A stretch of 64,000 nucleotides of DNA from a bacterium. GTDB taxonomy: Bacteria; Patescibacteriota; Dojkabacteria; SC72; WJKH01. The stretch spans positions 25,356 through 89,355 of the forward strand of contig JAKPPS010000056.1 in the NCBI GenBank assembly GCA_029547225.1. Reading direction: 5' to 3'. The notes beneath the pieces are model-generated. The model did not search any database. It worked only from the letters and a program-made list of their open reading frames with translations, and was not told where the DNA came from. The translations under genes were made by a program, and so were the position numbers. Position 1 is the stretch's first letter, and every line of letters begins with the position of its first letter. Positions 9,231 to 19,551 of this stretch are shown here, piece after piece.

Positions 9231-12200
9231 TTAATGGATATTTAGGATGAGTTTTGCTTCTTCATCAGCAACGATTTTAATAGTTTGTTCATTAGTATTT
9301 TTTACTACAACACCATAAACACCCTTTGATACAGCATATCGTAAATACTTTTCATTATCTCCGACTATAGCTACAATTTTTGCTCGGCTTCCTTTCAACT
9401 GTTTAATTATATTATCGAAAAGATTTAATACTGATTCGTCATCCATGACTTCCTTATCCAAAGCAGACATATCAATTATGATACCATCTATGCCAGCTTC
9501 AAATATGCTCTGGGATAATATAATTTCTGAGGATCTTCGTAATACGGCATGTATTTCAAACGAACCACTTCGTCGTAAGCCAGCTGATAAAACCTCTTGC
9601 TTAAATAATTCGACAAATTTTGGATTAACAGGGTTAGCTATCGAAAGAACAACATTACGATCTTTATACACATTCCTAACCTTACGGATAATTGAGAGTG
9701 CCCGTTTAGTAAGTTGTGGTGAGCTCAAATAATGCTTGAGACCTTGTCCCTCACCAGCAATATCCTTGCCACCCTTAAGCGCTTTAAATTTGTTATAACT
9801 GTGCAAACCAAATGTGGCAAAAACTGTTTCTCCACCGACAGAGTCCGCAATCTTATCGATCGTTTGACAGATGTTTTGCGTAAATATCTTTGCTGATTCA
9901 GCATCCATGCTTGCAGGATGCACCCCATACTCGATGAATAGCTTATCCACATCAATATAATTTACACCTGATTTATATATTCTTGTCGCTGTATGAATAT
10001 TACTTGTTATTGTATTATCTTCTTGCTTAGAATCTTGATTCATATGATTGACATTAAAAATCTGACTTTTAGAAACAGTATCGGGTTTTTCAGATGCTTC
10101 ATCTAAATGTTTCTCGTTTAATTCCTCTGATAGAGGAGCTTCAGATTGATATAATGCTTGCTCAGAATACTTTGATAATAGATATACTCCGCCAAGAGAT
10201 CCATCAATCCTTATCTCGTCACCGTTCTCAAGTTGATGTATAAATTTGTTTGCGCCAACAACACAAGGAATACCTTGCTCACGACAAATTATAGCAACAT
10301 CACTTGCCATACCGCCATCTCCTACAATTACTCCGCCACTACTCAAAATAACTGGTTGGTATCCAACAGAATAAATTGGGATAACTAAAATCATGCTTCG
10401 ATTAACTTGCCCGATATCATTTGGAGAAGATGTTGCAACTTTAACTTGACCCGATACAACACCATAACTTGCACCTACAGCCGATCCAATCAAAGTACCA
10501 ACATTTGAAAAGGATTTGCTAATTCGTTCAGAAGCCTTACTAATAATATCTTGAGCATCAGCTACTTCATTTGAAATAGCTGAATCTGAATCAAGAGATG
10601 CAATATTTTGCTCATCAGAACTCTGTTTTAAGTCTGTATTTGTAGTTTCAACATAATCTTTATCAGAAACATTTTGTGTCGACATTTCACTTTTAATGTC
10701 TTCGGCACTTCGCTGATTTTCAGCGAAAATATTAGTATCACCGGCCAAGTCTGATTTAGCTTCAACAGGAGAGATACCCTGCAAAGAAGCACTCTCTTTG
10801 TCCTTTATCTCATTAATCATTTTTTCCAATTGGGCAAAATAATCAACATTGGAATCAAGTTTTTTAGCCATACTACCTTTTATTGCATTAGTATTCTTGC
10901 TGCGAGGAGAAAATATTCCAGCCAGGCCTTTACCTGAAGAAGATTTTTCTAAATCCTTCCCAGAATTTGACTGTTCATTAGCTGTGTCAGCACCGAAAGA
11001 ATCAGTCATAGCTTGTTGATTAACAATTTTTGCTACCTCAGCATCACTTTGACTATCGGTAAGGGCCATTATATCTTTTACTGAAGTAGGCATATCGATA
11101 CTCGATTCATCAGAACCCGTCATAATTGTGTCGACACCTCGGGTTTGATCTGTTATCTCAGTTGAAGATACTAAATTATCTTTAGAAACCTCTTCTTTTA
11201 CGCTATTAAGTTGAGCGATTTGAGACTGCGCACCTGCAATAATATTTTTTTCATGCTCTTGTTTAATTATTTCTGCAGCAAGCGAATTGAAGCCTTCAGT
11301 TTTTACTTCTTCTTTTTCCAATAAGTTTTTATCTATCATCTCAAGAGGTTTGGTTTGTAAAACCCATACATTTCCACTTTCCCAAACCCATTCAACAAGA
11401 TGAGGGGATTTCAATCTATCTTCGATAATCATTGCAACTTTCGCTATATCCTCAATAAATCGATCTTCTAACTTCTGCTGATGATTCCATGATTTTGAGA
11501 TCTGTATTTTCTCTTCCGTACCGAAATGACCATTTTCACGCTTCGGGCTAACTCGTCTAATTTTCATCCAATCTTGAGGAGCAATATGCTTCTCAATTAT
11601 TGCAAGGTCTTTTTTATTTAAAATATATTGATCTGGAGTAAGCTCTCCGTTCGAGATAACATCGCCTAAACCAAATACAGCCTCAACAGTAACCCGATCT
11701 TTAAGGTTGGTAATCGGATCACGAGTGTATGCGACACCAGATACTTCCGACTGAATCATTTTCTGTACCACTACAGACATCTTGAGCTCAGATAATGGTA
11801 ATGAATGTGCCTTTGCATATGCAATAACCTTATCGGTAAAGACTGATTGATAGATAAGTTTGATAGCCTCGAGAAGATTATCAAATCCTTTAACATTTAA
11901 TTCTGTACCGAACACTCCAGAAAAAGATACATCTGGCCGACTTGGGAATACAACTGAACTTCTTACTGAGACCCAAGCATCAGAAAACCCGGATAATCTC
12001 GAGTAAGCTTTTAGTAACTGCTCCTGAATATAATTTTCAAATCGTGCTTTTGAAATCATCTGAGAATATTGCTTTGCATCGATTGACATTGATCCATCCA
12101 ATATTTGCGATATTTTCTTATTGAACGCTTTAAAAAGTAGGGAAGTGTAAACTTCTGGTGAAATAGAAAAAAATGGCGGAATAGGGATATCTATATCATA

Positions 12201-12353
12201 AAGTTCAAATAGACTAAGTCCTTTTCGACCGACATATGATTCATTAACTTCACTCAGAGTAAAATCTTCATAAAAATAAATATCATTCACTATTGTATTG
12301 ATAGGATTTTCTTCAATTTTCTTTACACGTTTTTTGAAAAAAGGCAGATTCAT
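9231..12353 (-). CDS. PEP-synthase/PPDK-like protein (ATP-grasp domain, acidic linker, swivel domain with His->Asp, degenerate PEP-binding domain)
   Basis: VGRKG, VSVRSS, VVVQKMI..EVSGV, FGLGD, GGMASDVAIICREQGIPCVVG and TATRIY motifs. Confidence 0.8.
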   Translation of the reverse strand: MNLPFFKKRVKKIEENPINTIVNDIYFYEDFTLSEVNESYVGRKGLSLFELYDIDIPIPPFFSISPEVYTSLLFKAFNKKISQILDGSMSIDAKQYSQMISKARFENYIQEQLLKAYSRLSGFSDAWVSVRSSVVFPSRPDVSFSGVFGTELNVKGFDNLLEAIKLIYQSVFTDKVIAYAKAHSLPLSELKMSVVVQKMIQSEVSGVAYTRDPITNLKDRVTVEAVFGLGDVISNGELTPDQYILNKKDLAIIEKHIAPQDWMKIRRVSPKRENGHFGTEEKIQISKSWNHQQKLEDRFIEDIAKVAMIIEDRLKSPHLVEWVWESGNVWVLQTKPLEMIDKNLLEKEEVKTEGFNSLAAEIIKQEHEKNIIAGAQSQIAQLNSVKEEVSKDNLVSSTEITDQTRGVDTIMTGSDESSIDMPTSVKDIMALTDSQSDAEVAKIVNQQAMTDSFGADTANEQSNSGKDLEKSSSGKGLAGIFSPRSKNTNAIKGSMAKKLDSNVDYFAQLEKMINEIKDKESASLQGISPVEAKSDLAGDTNIFAENQRSAEDIKSEMSTQNVSDKDYVETTNTDLKQSSDEQNIASLDSDSAISNEVADAQDIISKASERISKSFSNVGTLIGSAVGASYGVVSGQVKVATSSPNDIGQVNRSMILVIPIYSVGYQPVILSSGGVIVGDGGMASDVAIICREQGIPCVVGANKFIHQLENGDEIRIDGSLGGVYLLSKYSEQALYQSEAPLSEELNEKHLDEASEKPDTVSKSQIFNVNHMNQDSKQEDNTITSNIHTATRIYKSGVNYIDVDKLFIEYGVHPASMDAESAKIFTQNICQTIDKIADSVGGETVFATFGLHSYNKFKALKGGKDIAGEGQGLKHYLSSPQLTKRALSIIRKVRNVYKDRNVVLSIANPVNPKFVELFKQEVLSAGLRRSGSFEIHAVLRRSSEIILSQSIFEAGIDGIIIDMSALDKEVMDDESVLNLFDNIIKQLKGSRAKIVAIVGDNEKYLRYAVSKGVYGVVVKNTNEQTIKIVADEEAKLILNIH

Positions 12354-12479
12354 CTTGGCAGCTAAAAACAAAATTACATATCACAATTTTGTAAAACTGA
12401 GTTTACTTTAAATGAATACACTCCAAAGTACTGGAAAACAGCAATTAGAATTTATCATTTATCTAGTAAATCCCTGTAA

Positions 12480-13685
12480 CTATACTATACCTTTAGCTTT
12501 GAGCTTTTGCAAGTCTAGATAAAATCCTATAAATAAATCTCCAAGTACAAGTACAGGAACTGTCAATAATGCTCCGAGTACTCCAGCAATTGAGTATCCA
12601 AGCATAATCCCTATTAAAACAGCAATCGGTTTGATACCAACAGCTCCACTCATCACTCTTGGAACGATAAGATTATTCTCAAATTGTTGGATCACAACAT
12701 AACCTGCTACGACCAACACCGCATTAATAGGACCATTCCCTATTAGAGCAAATAATATTGCTGGGACAGATGCGATTATTGGTCCAAGATTTGGGACTGA
12801 TTCTAGTAAACCTGCCAATACCGCAAGTGGTAATGCAAATGGCACATTAAGAATTGTTAATAGCAACCATACTAGAAATCCTATTACAAAACTCAACGTT
12901 ATCTGACCAAGAAGCCATTTTCCGAGTTTTTCCTCAACGTTATCAACTAATGCTTTTATTAACTTTCTTTGATCGTCCTTTATAAATCTCATAACAAAAT
13001 AGTTGAGCATCGTATCATGATCTGAGATAATGTAAATCGATAAGAAAAGTGTTGCAACGATAGATAACAGACCACCAAAGAATTCGCTTACTTTTCCAAG
13101 AGTAGATAATATCCCATCAAGTCCCTGAGCGAGAGTAGGTATTATATTACTCGTAAGATTACTTACATATTCATTGATTGCGTTCATGATGCTTTCTCTA
13201 TCGATATTTACAAAAGGCAGGTTGATATTTTCTACAGCATCAACTATTTGCTTTAATATCTCAGGGGCATTATTTACTAAATTGATTAACTGATTGATCA
13301 AAGGTACGAATATTACTCCAATAGAAGCCGAGAAAAGTATAATTGCCAAAAGATAAACAACCAAAATTGCCAACCATTTAGGCCATTTGTGAGAAGTCAA
13401 AAATCTTACAATAGGAAGAAAGGCTGAAGATATAATAAAAGCAAAGAAAAGTACAACTGCCACACCTAACAGCTTATCCCAGAGGAAGAATACTACAACA
13501 GCAATTATCAACATAAGAATAAATTTGGTAGATAACTCGATACGAACAACTTTATCTTCTTTCTTGTTGTCTCGATCATGTACTACTATTTTTGCATCTT
13601 CTTTTTTTGAAACGACATCCGTATTATCGCTCTCTTTCACACTTACTTTATTTTTATTCATTTTTATTTGCATTTCTTTTGCCAT
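12480..13685 (-). CDS. AI-2E family transporter
   Basis: Multi-TM protein with LESVPNLG, QQFENNLIVPRVM and GVLGALLTVP motifs. Confidence 0.9.
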   Translation of the reverse strand: MAKEMQIKMNKNKVSVKESDNTDVVSKKEDAKIVVHDRDNKKEDKVVRIELSTKFILMLIIAVVVFFLWDKLLGVAVVLFFAFIISSAFLPIVRFLTSHKWPKWLAILVVYLLAIILFSASIGVIFVPLINQLINLVNNAPEILKQIVDAVENINLPFVNIDRESIMNAINEYVSNLTSNIIPTLAQGLDGILSTLGKVSEFFGGLLSIVATLFLSIYIISDHDTMLNYFVMRFIKDDQRKLIKALVDNVEEKLGKWLLGQITLSFVIGFLVWLLLTILNVPFALPLAVLAGLLESVPNLGPIIASVPAILFALIGNGPINAVLVVAGYVVIQQFENNLIVPRVMSGAVGIKPIAVLIGIMLGYSIAGVLGALLTVPVLVLGDLFIGFYLDLQKLKAKGIV

Positions 13686-13738
13686 ATTTATATTATACCA
13701 TTTTTCTGGCGGCAGACCAAATTATCAACAATCAGGCG

Positions 13739-14458
13739 CTAATCATCTTCATCCACAGTATTATTCTTATTTTTGATAATATCAAACCAGCTTATGGCAT
13801 CAAACATATTCTGGATAGTAAAGATACCAAATCCTGCACCAAAAAGTGCACCAGTAAGAATCCTTTTCGCTATATTATCAACATAGAGTGAGTATAGAGG
13901 TTCCCTAATAAATGTAAAAATACCATACTCAAGCATTGTTTGAAACACACCATCAAAAGCCATAGGTATCATTAAGGCAACATAAATTAATACTGGTATT
14001 TTTTTCTTAAGTATCCCAAATGCATAAAGTGAATACATCATAAGTGCAGTAAATGCTGTAGTTGAATATAAAGCAGTATCCCTAATACAATAAGCAACTT
14101 TATATCCGATCTGTTCGTTTCCCCAATATGGATATCCAAAATAAAATTCCTCTGCACCATCATACGGTGGATCTGGATTTACCTTCGGTATCTGATGCAT
14201 CTCTTTGAGCTCATCTACAGTGTAAAATTGCACAAGGCTTTCTTCGCCAAACAAGTAAATTGATCTTTCAACTCGCTGATGACAAAGCACATGATATATT
14301 TTGTGAATTGCAACACCTATTTTTGGTGCACCTAATTTGAAACTAATTGGGGCAATAATCGGAAGGGTAGAGTAAACAAATAAGACTATAATAACTACCT
14401 TTATTACAATCAGATATGGGCGATCACCTTTCGCGATCATTTCTTTTATACTTTTCAT
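13739..14458 (-). CDS. DUF2085-like membrane protein
   Basis: CHQRVERS, CIRD, PMAFDG and RILTGALFG motifs with TM helices; start taken at ATG 14458. Confidence 0.75.
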   Translation of the reverse strand: MKSIKEMIAKGDRPYLIVIKVVIIVLFVYSTLPIIAPISFKLGAPKIGVAIHKIYHVLCHQRVERSIYLFGEESLVQFYTVDELKEMHQIPKVNPDPPYDGAEEFYFGYPYWGNEQIGYKVAYCIRDTALYSTTAFTALMMYSLYAFGILKKKIPVLIYVALMIPMAFDGVFQTMLEYGIFTFIREPLYSLYVDNIAKRILTGALFGAGFGIFTIQNMFDAISWFDIIKNKNNTVDEDD

Positions 14459-14666
14459 CAGGCTAATATATTTAAACAAAGTATATTGCAAATAATTCAA
14501 TTCTATTCCATTACAAACAGTTTTCAACAGTGCGAGATATCCTGTCCTTCAAAGATTTAGCTGTTTTTCAACCTATACATTCGATATTGAGAAAAAAATC
14601 TAATTCTTCACATATAAAAATTTAAACTATTTGCAAAAAAATAGATATCAATTACAATAAAGTATT

Positions 14667-15458
14667 ATGGCAAATTTTAATGATTTATTAAAGGGTATAG
14701 GCAAATTACTTTTTGGAGGTTCTAAGAGTACTTCATGGACTTACGGTGATTTAAATCGCAAACTAGCCGTATGGAAAGAAAATCGTATTTTCCCTTATCT
14801 TTCAAATCTACCAAAATCGATAAGTTTTAACAAAGATTTCTGGGACCATATTGTGCAAATATACAAGAAAACTCAATCAGATGGATTAGAGCGTTCTATT
14901 TCAATATTTTGGGTTGATGGCGAACTAGTAGTAACTTCTATTGTTACTGGTACGGAGAGTAAAGTAACTTCAAAAGGGGTAGTAAGCGTCAAATATGACA
15001 GAGATAGTAATCCAAAATACTTTATTAAACGAATTTATGTTGATGATAAGGAGTATTCTCATGAGCGACTATATTATGAGAATATACCGAAGAAAACAGA
15101 TCTTAAATATCTGTTTAACCTTCACACGCATCCCCCTCGAGAACAAGGAACGAGATGGTATACAGAAGTCCAAACCGAAAAACTTGCTGGTGCAGATCCA
15201 AGTGCATATTCGTTTTTTTCCGCAACAGATATTAAGTCCCAAGTTAAAACTGGAAGTGCAATATCAGGTCTAGTAACAGATAGATTGTGGATTCTAATTA
15301 GAAGTTCAGAGACACCAAATTATGTAGATTATATTGAGGATAAAGATATGAATGTAGAATTCCTTGTTGATAAGCTACATTTTGCAGTATATGAAGGATA
15401 CTTTTGGGAGTCCCTACACCGTCGACGTGGCAGTATGCTTGATGAAGAGAACGAATAA
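14667..15458 (+). CDS. Hypothetical protein, possible JAB/MPN-like metallo-hydrolase
   Basis: E..., then LHTHP, then FFSATD, resembling E-HxH-SxxD but with a long loop. Confidence 0.5.
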   Translation: MANFNDLLKGIGKLLFGGSKSTSWTYGDLNRKLAVWKENRIFPYLSNLPKSISFNKDFWDHIVQIYKKTQSDGLERSISIFWVDGELVVTSIVTGTESKVTSKGVVSVKYDRDSNPKYFIKRIYVDDKEYSHERLYYENIPKKTDLKYLFNLHTHPPREQGTRWYTEVQTEKLAGADPSAYSFFSATDIKSQVKTGSAISGLVTDRLWILIRSSETPNYVDYIEDKDMNVEFLVDKLHFAVYEGYFWESLHRRRGSMLDEENE

Positions 15459-15534
15459 AGCAAGTCAATCACGTTTTATTATTTTCAAGATTTGAAATGA
15501 GTTTTTCCATTAGCAATCTTCTTGCGTATATTTC

Positions 15535-15576
15535 AAAAAAAACTCCCCCGATAACCTAAAGGTTACACTAGGGGAG
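15535..15576 (-). terminator. Intrinsic terminator downstream of the Ig-domain gene
   Basis: Minus strand reads CTCCCC..TAACC-TTTA-GGTTA..GGGGAG followed by T8. Confidence 0.7.
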
Positions 15577-15644
15577 AATTAATACTTATATCATTCAATG
15601 CTCTTTCTCAAAGAATAAGTAATAAGATTTCAAAGTTAAATATT

Positions 15645-16658
15645 CTAGTTGCTCTGTTTCTGTCTTTTTAGTTTAAGTGCAACTATTGACATATTTACAC
15701 CTAAAAGTGCCAAGCAAAATATTCCGAAATACATTATTGCATTATTAAGGCCAAGAGCGTTTAAAGCATCTTCTAATACACCTGCTGATGAAGGTAATTC
15801 TGTACTACCATTTCCATTACTTGCAATTGTCGAAGCACCATCGCCATTTAAATCGCCAGATTCATATTTAACCATAATCTTTTTGTCAGCTGTAACAAAA
15901 TTACCTGATTGATCCCAGATTTCTACAACAAATTCATTATCACCCTTTTGAAGTACAATATCCTTGATCTCAAAATTTCCATCACTATCTGCTCTACCAG
16001 TAAAGGTCTGATCACCAGATTTCAAAACCACTAAAGAGTTAGGCTCCGCTTTACCTTTTAATGAATACTCACTACTGTTTGATTCATTATCATATTCAAA
16101 TTCAACAATCTTTGAAGGAGGAGTTGTATCATACTTGGAAATCAATTCTGGAGATTTCTCACTTCGTGATCTAATTACAAATCCTCGAATAGTTGCGACC
16201 TGAAACTTATGATCTCCTTCATTTTTCATCTCATAATTGTATTCATACGTACCATCTTCACTTACCTTAATAGGCTTTCTTTGCAATTTATCATTTACAT
16301 ATACAATAACTTCGTTTGCACCATCAACATATCCCTTGATTGCAATATCTTTTGAGTTAGTTGTAGTAGGAATTTCACTTACAATAGGTATTGGCATATT
16401 TTTGTCGAGTCTTGGAGCGAACCTAGTAACTATTGCAATTATTAAGATACCAAGAAGGACGATGATACCGAAGATTAAAATACCTAAACCAAGAACCTTA
16501 ATAAAAGATTCACCGGAATTATTATCATTTTCAAGCCTTGCTTCGGTTTTTTCGAGCATTGTTTCCTTTATCTCAACTGATTCATTTTTTACATCGTTAA
16601 TGACAGGACTTGTGTACTGTTCTGTTTTAACAATCTTCTTTCTTCCTCTACGAGCCAT
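15645..16658 (-). CDS. Ig-like domain surface protein with putative sortase sorting signal (LPSSAG, TM helix, basic tail)
   Basis: N-terminal TM, two beta-rich Ig-like repeats (DTTPP, GKAEPNS, GDNEF), C-terminal ELPSSAG, hydrophobic helix, KLKRQKQSN. Confidence 0.7.
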   Translation of the reverse strand: MARRGRKKIVKTEQYTSPVINDVKNESVEIKETMLEKTEARLENDNNSGESFIKVLGLGILIFGIIVLLGILIIAIVTRFAPRLDKNMPIPIVSEIPTTTNSKDIAIKGYVDGANEVIVYVNDKLQRKPIKVSEDGTYEYNYEMKNEGDHKFQVATIRGFVIRSRSEKSPELISKYDTTPPSKIVEFEYDNESNSSEYSLKGKAEPNSLVVLKSGDQTFTGRADSDGNFEIKDIVLQKGDNEFVVEIWDQSGNFVTADKKIMVKYESGDLNGDGASTIASNGNGSTELPSSAGVLEDALNALGLNNAIMYFGIFCLALLGVNMSIVALKLKRQKQSN

Positions 16659-16871
16659 TATTTTTGAAATAATAATTTATTATACACATAAATATAATCA
16701 ATTTACTCTTTATACATAGGTTTTTCATATGTATAAAATACTTGATAAATAATTGTGCCTTACTACCTGTAGTGTATTACAAAAGGCCAATCTTTGCAAC
16801 AGTATTAATAGATATGATAAAATGATAATAATTAATCTTTCCTTTGTAATAATAAGTTCTAATTGCAATCT

Positions 16872-17576
16872 ATGCTGACTTTTATTAAAAAACTTTTTTC
16901 AATAGTATTACTTATTGTGATATTATGCGGAGTAGGATACATCATATATTATCCTAACAGGGATAAAATCAATATTTTCTTTAATGAGATTGATCCTTAC
17001 AATATCTCTCATAATACTTCCCTTGCTTTTTTGATTGATGTGTCGAGGCAGCAGAATAAAGAAGATTACTTCAAAGCAAGTAATACAAATTCTATTGAAG
17101 AAATAACTCCATCAACACTGGCACTTTATCAAAACGGCGGAAATACAATATATGAGCTTGAGAAATATAATACTTTTTTAGAAATTCCGAGTGCAGATAT
17201 TGCCGGAAAGGTGTTTGACGGTGAAAGCTCATGGACGATGGTAAAAGGTTTTTGGCATTTTCCACTTTCAAGCATGCCGGGTATCGCAGGGAATACAGTA
17301 ATAATAGGTCATAGATATGATAAAATGCCTCCAGCAACAGATACTTTCTTTAATCTCGACAAAGTGAAGATAGGCGATAAAGTGTATATTACACAGAATG
17401 ATGAAAAACTTTCTTTTACTGTTACTGAAACAAAAATCGTCGAAAAAACTAACAGAGAGATTTTAACCCAGACAGATGACTACCGTATCACTATCGTAAC
17501 ATGCCATCCGCTTTGGACAGATGATCAAAGACTCGTGGTAATTGCAAAGCTGGACAAAATTTATAGAAACATTTAA
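16872..17576 (+). CDS. Sortase
   Basis: N-terminal TM; catalytic His (IGHR), Cys (TIVTC) and Arg (QRLVV); FFNLDKVKIGD motif. Confidence 0.92.
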   Translation: MLTFIKKLFSIVLLIVILCGVGYIIYYPNRDKINIFFNEIDPYNISHNTSLAFLIDVSRQQNKEDYFKASNTNSIEEITPSTLALYQNGGNTIYELEKYNTFLEIPSADIAGKVFDGESSWTMVKGFWHFPLSSMPGIAGNTVIIGHRYDKMPPATDTFFNLDKVKIGDKVYITQNDEKLSFTVTETKIVEKTNREILTQTDDYRITIVTCHPLWTDDQRLVVIAKLDKIYRNI

Positions 17577-17612
17577 AATAAGGGCTGTTAAATAAATTTC
17601 AATAATATAAAC

Positions 17613-18743
17613 ATGGATAACAAAAACAACACTGAGGCGAAGATATACTCACTCAAGGACCTAAAAAACGGTAAATATCAGATTTCAATTAATATTGAGC
17701 GTGAAGCATTTAATAAATCATATAAAGCTAATCTTGAAAAGCAAGCAAAGACAGTTGAGATTAAAGGATTTAGAAAAGGAATGGTTCCCACATCAGTTAT
17801 CGAAGAAACAATGAAAGATGCAATCCTCAAAGATACTTTTGAAAAATTAGCACCTAACCTTGTTATGTACGCATTACAAGATGCAAAAATCTCTCCTCTT
17901 GTACCTGTAAAATACCTTGGTATTCCAAGCTTTGATGGCAACGAAGATTTACATTTTGAAGTCGAAATTATTAGTGTTCCTAAATTCACAATATGCGACC
18001 TAAAGAAGGTCAAAGTTGCAAAGAAGGATTCAAAAGTAACAGATAAAGAATTAGAGGAAACTGTAAACGCTATGTATGATAATCAGATAAAAGCAGATGA
18101 GAAAGCTTCAGAAAATAATTCTGTTGACTCAAAAAAGAAAGACACAACGAAGAGAGAAATAGATGATAAATGGGCAACAACAATTGCTGGTAAATATCAA
18201 ATAAAAGGTGTGACTTCACTTGCAAAACTGAAGGAAGAGATTAAAAAACTTCTTGAAGCAAAGAAGGTTGAATTGATTGAAAGAGAATTTGAAAGAGATA
18301 TTCTTTCCGAAGCAGTAAAACTTTCAAAAATTCAGATTCCTGATGAGGCAGTAGAATATGAACTGGCTGAGCGAGAGCATTCATTTATGCACCAACTTGA
18401 AGATATGAAAATCAGTATGGATCAATATCTCCAAGCATACAATATTACCGAAGAAAAACTGAAAGAAGCGTGGAAGGTTGATTCTAAACAAGCTATTGAA
18501 GAGCATGTGCTACTTACCGAATATGCAAAAAATGCCGAGATAAAGTTTGACGAGAATGAATTTGTACAATTTATTCAAAATTCTGGAGCTCCAAAAGAAT
18601 ATATGCAGAATTACAATTGGCTTCAAAGTATGCAAAGCGTTTATTTCAAAAATAAAGCTTTCGAGAAACTTCTCTCTGAAGTTAAAACTAATTTAGGTGT
18701 CGCTGACAGCACACCAAAGAAAAAAATAGAATTAATTAGCTAA
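17613..18743 (+). CDS. tig: Trigger factor, apparently lacking the FKBP PPIase domain
   Basis: GFRKGMVP ribosome-binding motif; helical C-terminal domain; lies upstream of clpP. Confidence 0.88.
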   Translation: MDNKNNTEAKIYSLKDLKNGKYQISINIEREAFNKSYKANLEKQAKTVEIKGFRKGMVPTSVIEETMKDAILKDTFEKLAPNLVMYALQDAKISPLVPVKYLGIPSFDGNEDLHFEVEIISVPKFTICDLKKVKVAKKDSKVTDKELEETVNAMYDNQIKADEKASENNSVDSKKKDTTKREIDDKWATTIAGKYQIKGVTSLAKLKEEIKKLLEAKKVELIEREFERDILSEAVKLSKIQIPDEAVEYELAEREHSFMHQLEDMKISMDQYLQAYNITEEKLKEAWKVDSKQAIEEHVLLTEYAKNAEIKFDENEFVQFIQNSGAPKEYMQNYNWLQSMQSVYFKNKAFEKLLSEVKTNLGVADSTPKKKIELIS

Positions 18744-18821
18744 CCAACTGTATAAGTTCTATCATAGAAATAGCTTCGATTATTGAAGTAGTAACGTACA
18801 CAAGATCATTTATGGCAAAAA

Positions 18822-18880
18822 GCGTGGGTAGTCATGGTGACGGATAATCTTATGCAAGTTGCTTGGTGGCATACTATGAA
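18822..18880 (-). repeat. Dispersed two-box intergenic repeat, copy B
   Basis: Plus strand TGGGTAGTCATGG (18825-18837), 25 nt, TTGGTGGCATAC (18863-18874); reverse complement of copy A boxes. Confidence 0.75.
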
Positions 18881-18975
18881 TTATAATGTATTAGTATTTG
18901 CAAAGAGTGAGATTTATGCGGATGATTTCGTTTGCACAAAAGCTTGCCAATAAATAATATTATAGAAGGAAGGTT

Positions 18976-19551
18976 ATGTTGATTCCAACAGTTATCGAAA
19001 AAAATCGTGAGGGTGATTACGCTTATGATATTTATTCACGCTTACTTAAAGATCGAATTGTTTTTGTATCTGGAGCAATTGATACTGAGATGTCAAATAC
19101 AGTTGTTGCTCAATTACTTTTCCTTGAGAAAGAGGATCCAAAAGCCGATATTCAGATGTTTATTAATTCGCCAGGCGGTGTTGTTTATGCAGGTATGGCA
19201 ATACTTGATACTATGCAATATATAAAACCCGATGTATCAACAATTTCCGTAGGTATGTCCATGTCCTTTGGTACTATACTTTTAGCAGCAGGCACAAAAG
19301 GTAAAAGATTTGCCTTACCAAACAGTATAATCCATCTGCATCAACCTTTAGGTGGGGCAGAGGGGCAGGCTAGTGATATAGAAATTACCGCACGAGAGAT
19401 TTTAAGAATTAAAGCCGATCTGTACAAAAAGCTTTCAAGCTACACAGGGCGCACTGTCGCAGAAATAGAAAAAGATGCTGATCGAGATCGATATTTCACC
19501 GCAGAAGAAGCAAAGAAATATGGGTTAATTGACAAGATACTTAATAAGTAA
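18976..19551 (+). CDS. clpP: ATP-dependent Clp protease proteolytic subunit
   Basis: [17 protein letters not shown], catalytic Ser region (SMSFG), HQP and DRDRY motifs; SD-like AGGAAGG upstream. Confidence 0.96.
   Translation: MLIPTVIEKNREGDYAYDIYSRLLKDRIVFVSGAIDTEMSNTVVAQLLFLEKEDPKADIQMFINSPGGVVYAGMAILDTMQYIKPDVSTISVGMSMSFGTILLAAGTKGKRFALPNSIIHLHQPLGGAEGQASDIEITAREILRIKADLYKKLSSYTGRTVAEIEKDADRDRYFTAEEAKKYGLIDKILNK

Noticed and set aside
9231..12353. Annotation as functional ppsA or rifampin phosphotransferase
   Set aside because: Catalytic His and Cys motifs are absent, and the swivel domain is central, not C-terminal as in rifampin phosphotransferase.
16237..16719. Antisense and overlapping short ORFs in the track (e.g. 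16237-16719, 31622-32074, 45313-45897, 54256-54696, 59613-60062)
   Set aside because: They shadow well-supported genes on the opposite strand and have no motifs.
2593..18874. Two-box repeats considered as CRISPR repeat-spacer units
   Set aside because: Copies are 16 kb apart and inverted, the two boxes differ from each other, and no cas genes are present.
18744..18975. CIRCE or CtsR heat-shock operator upstream of clpP
   Set aside because: Neither consensus is present.
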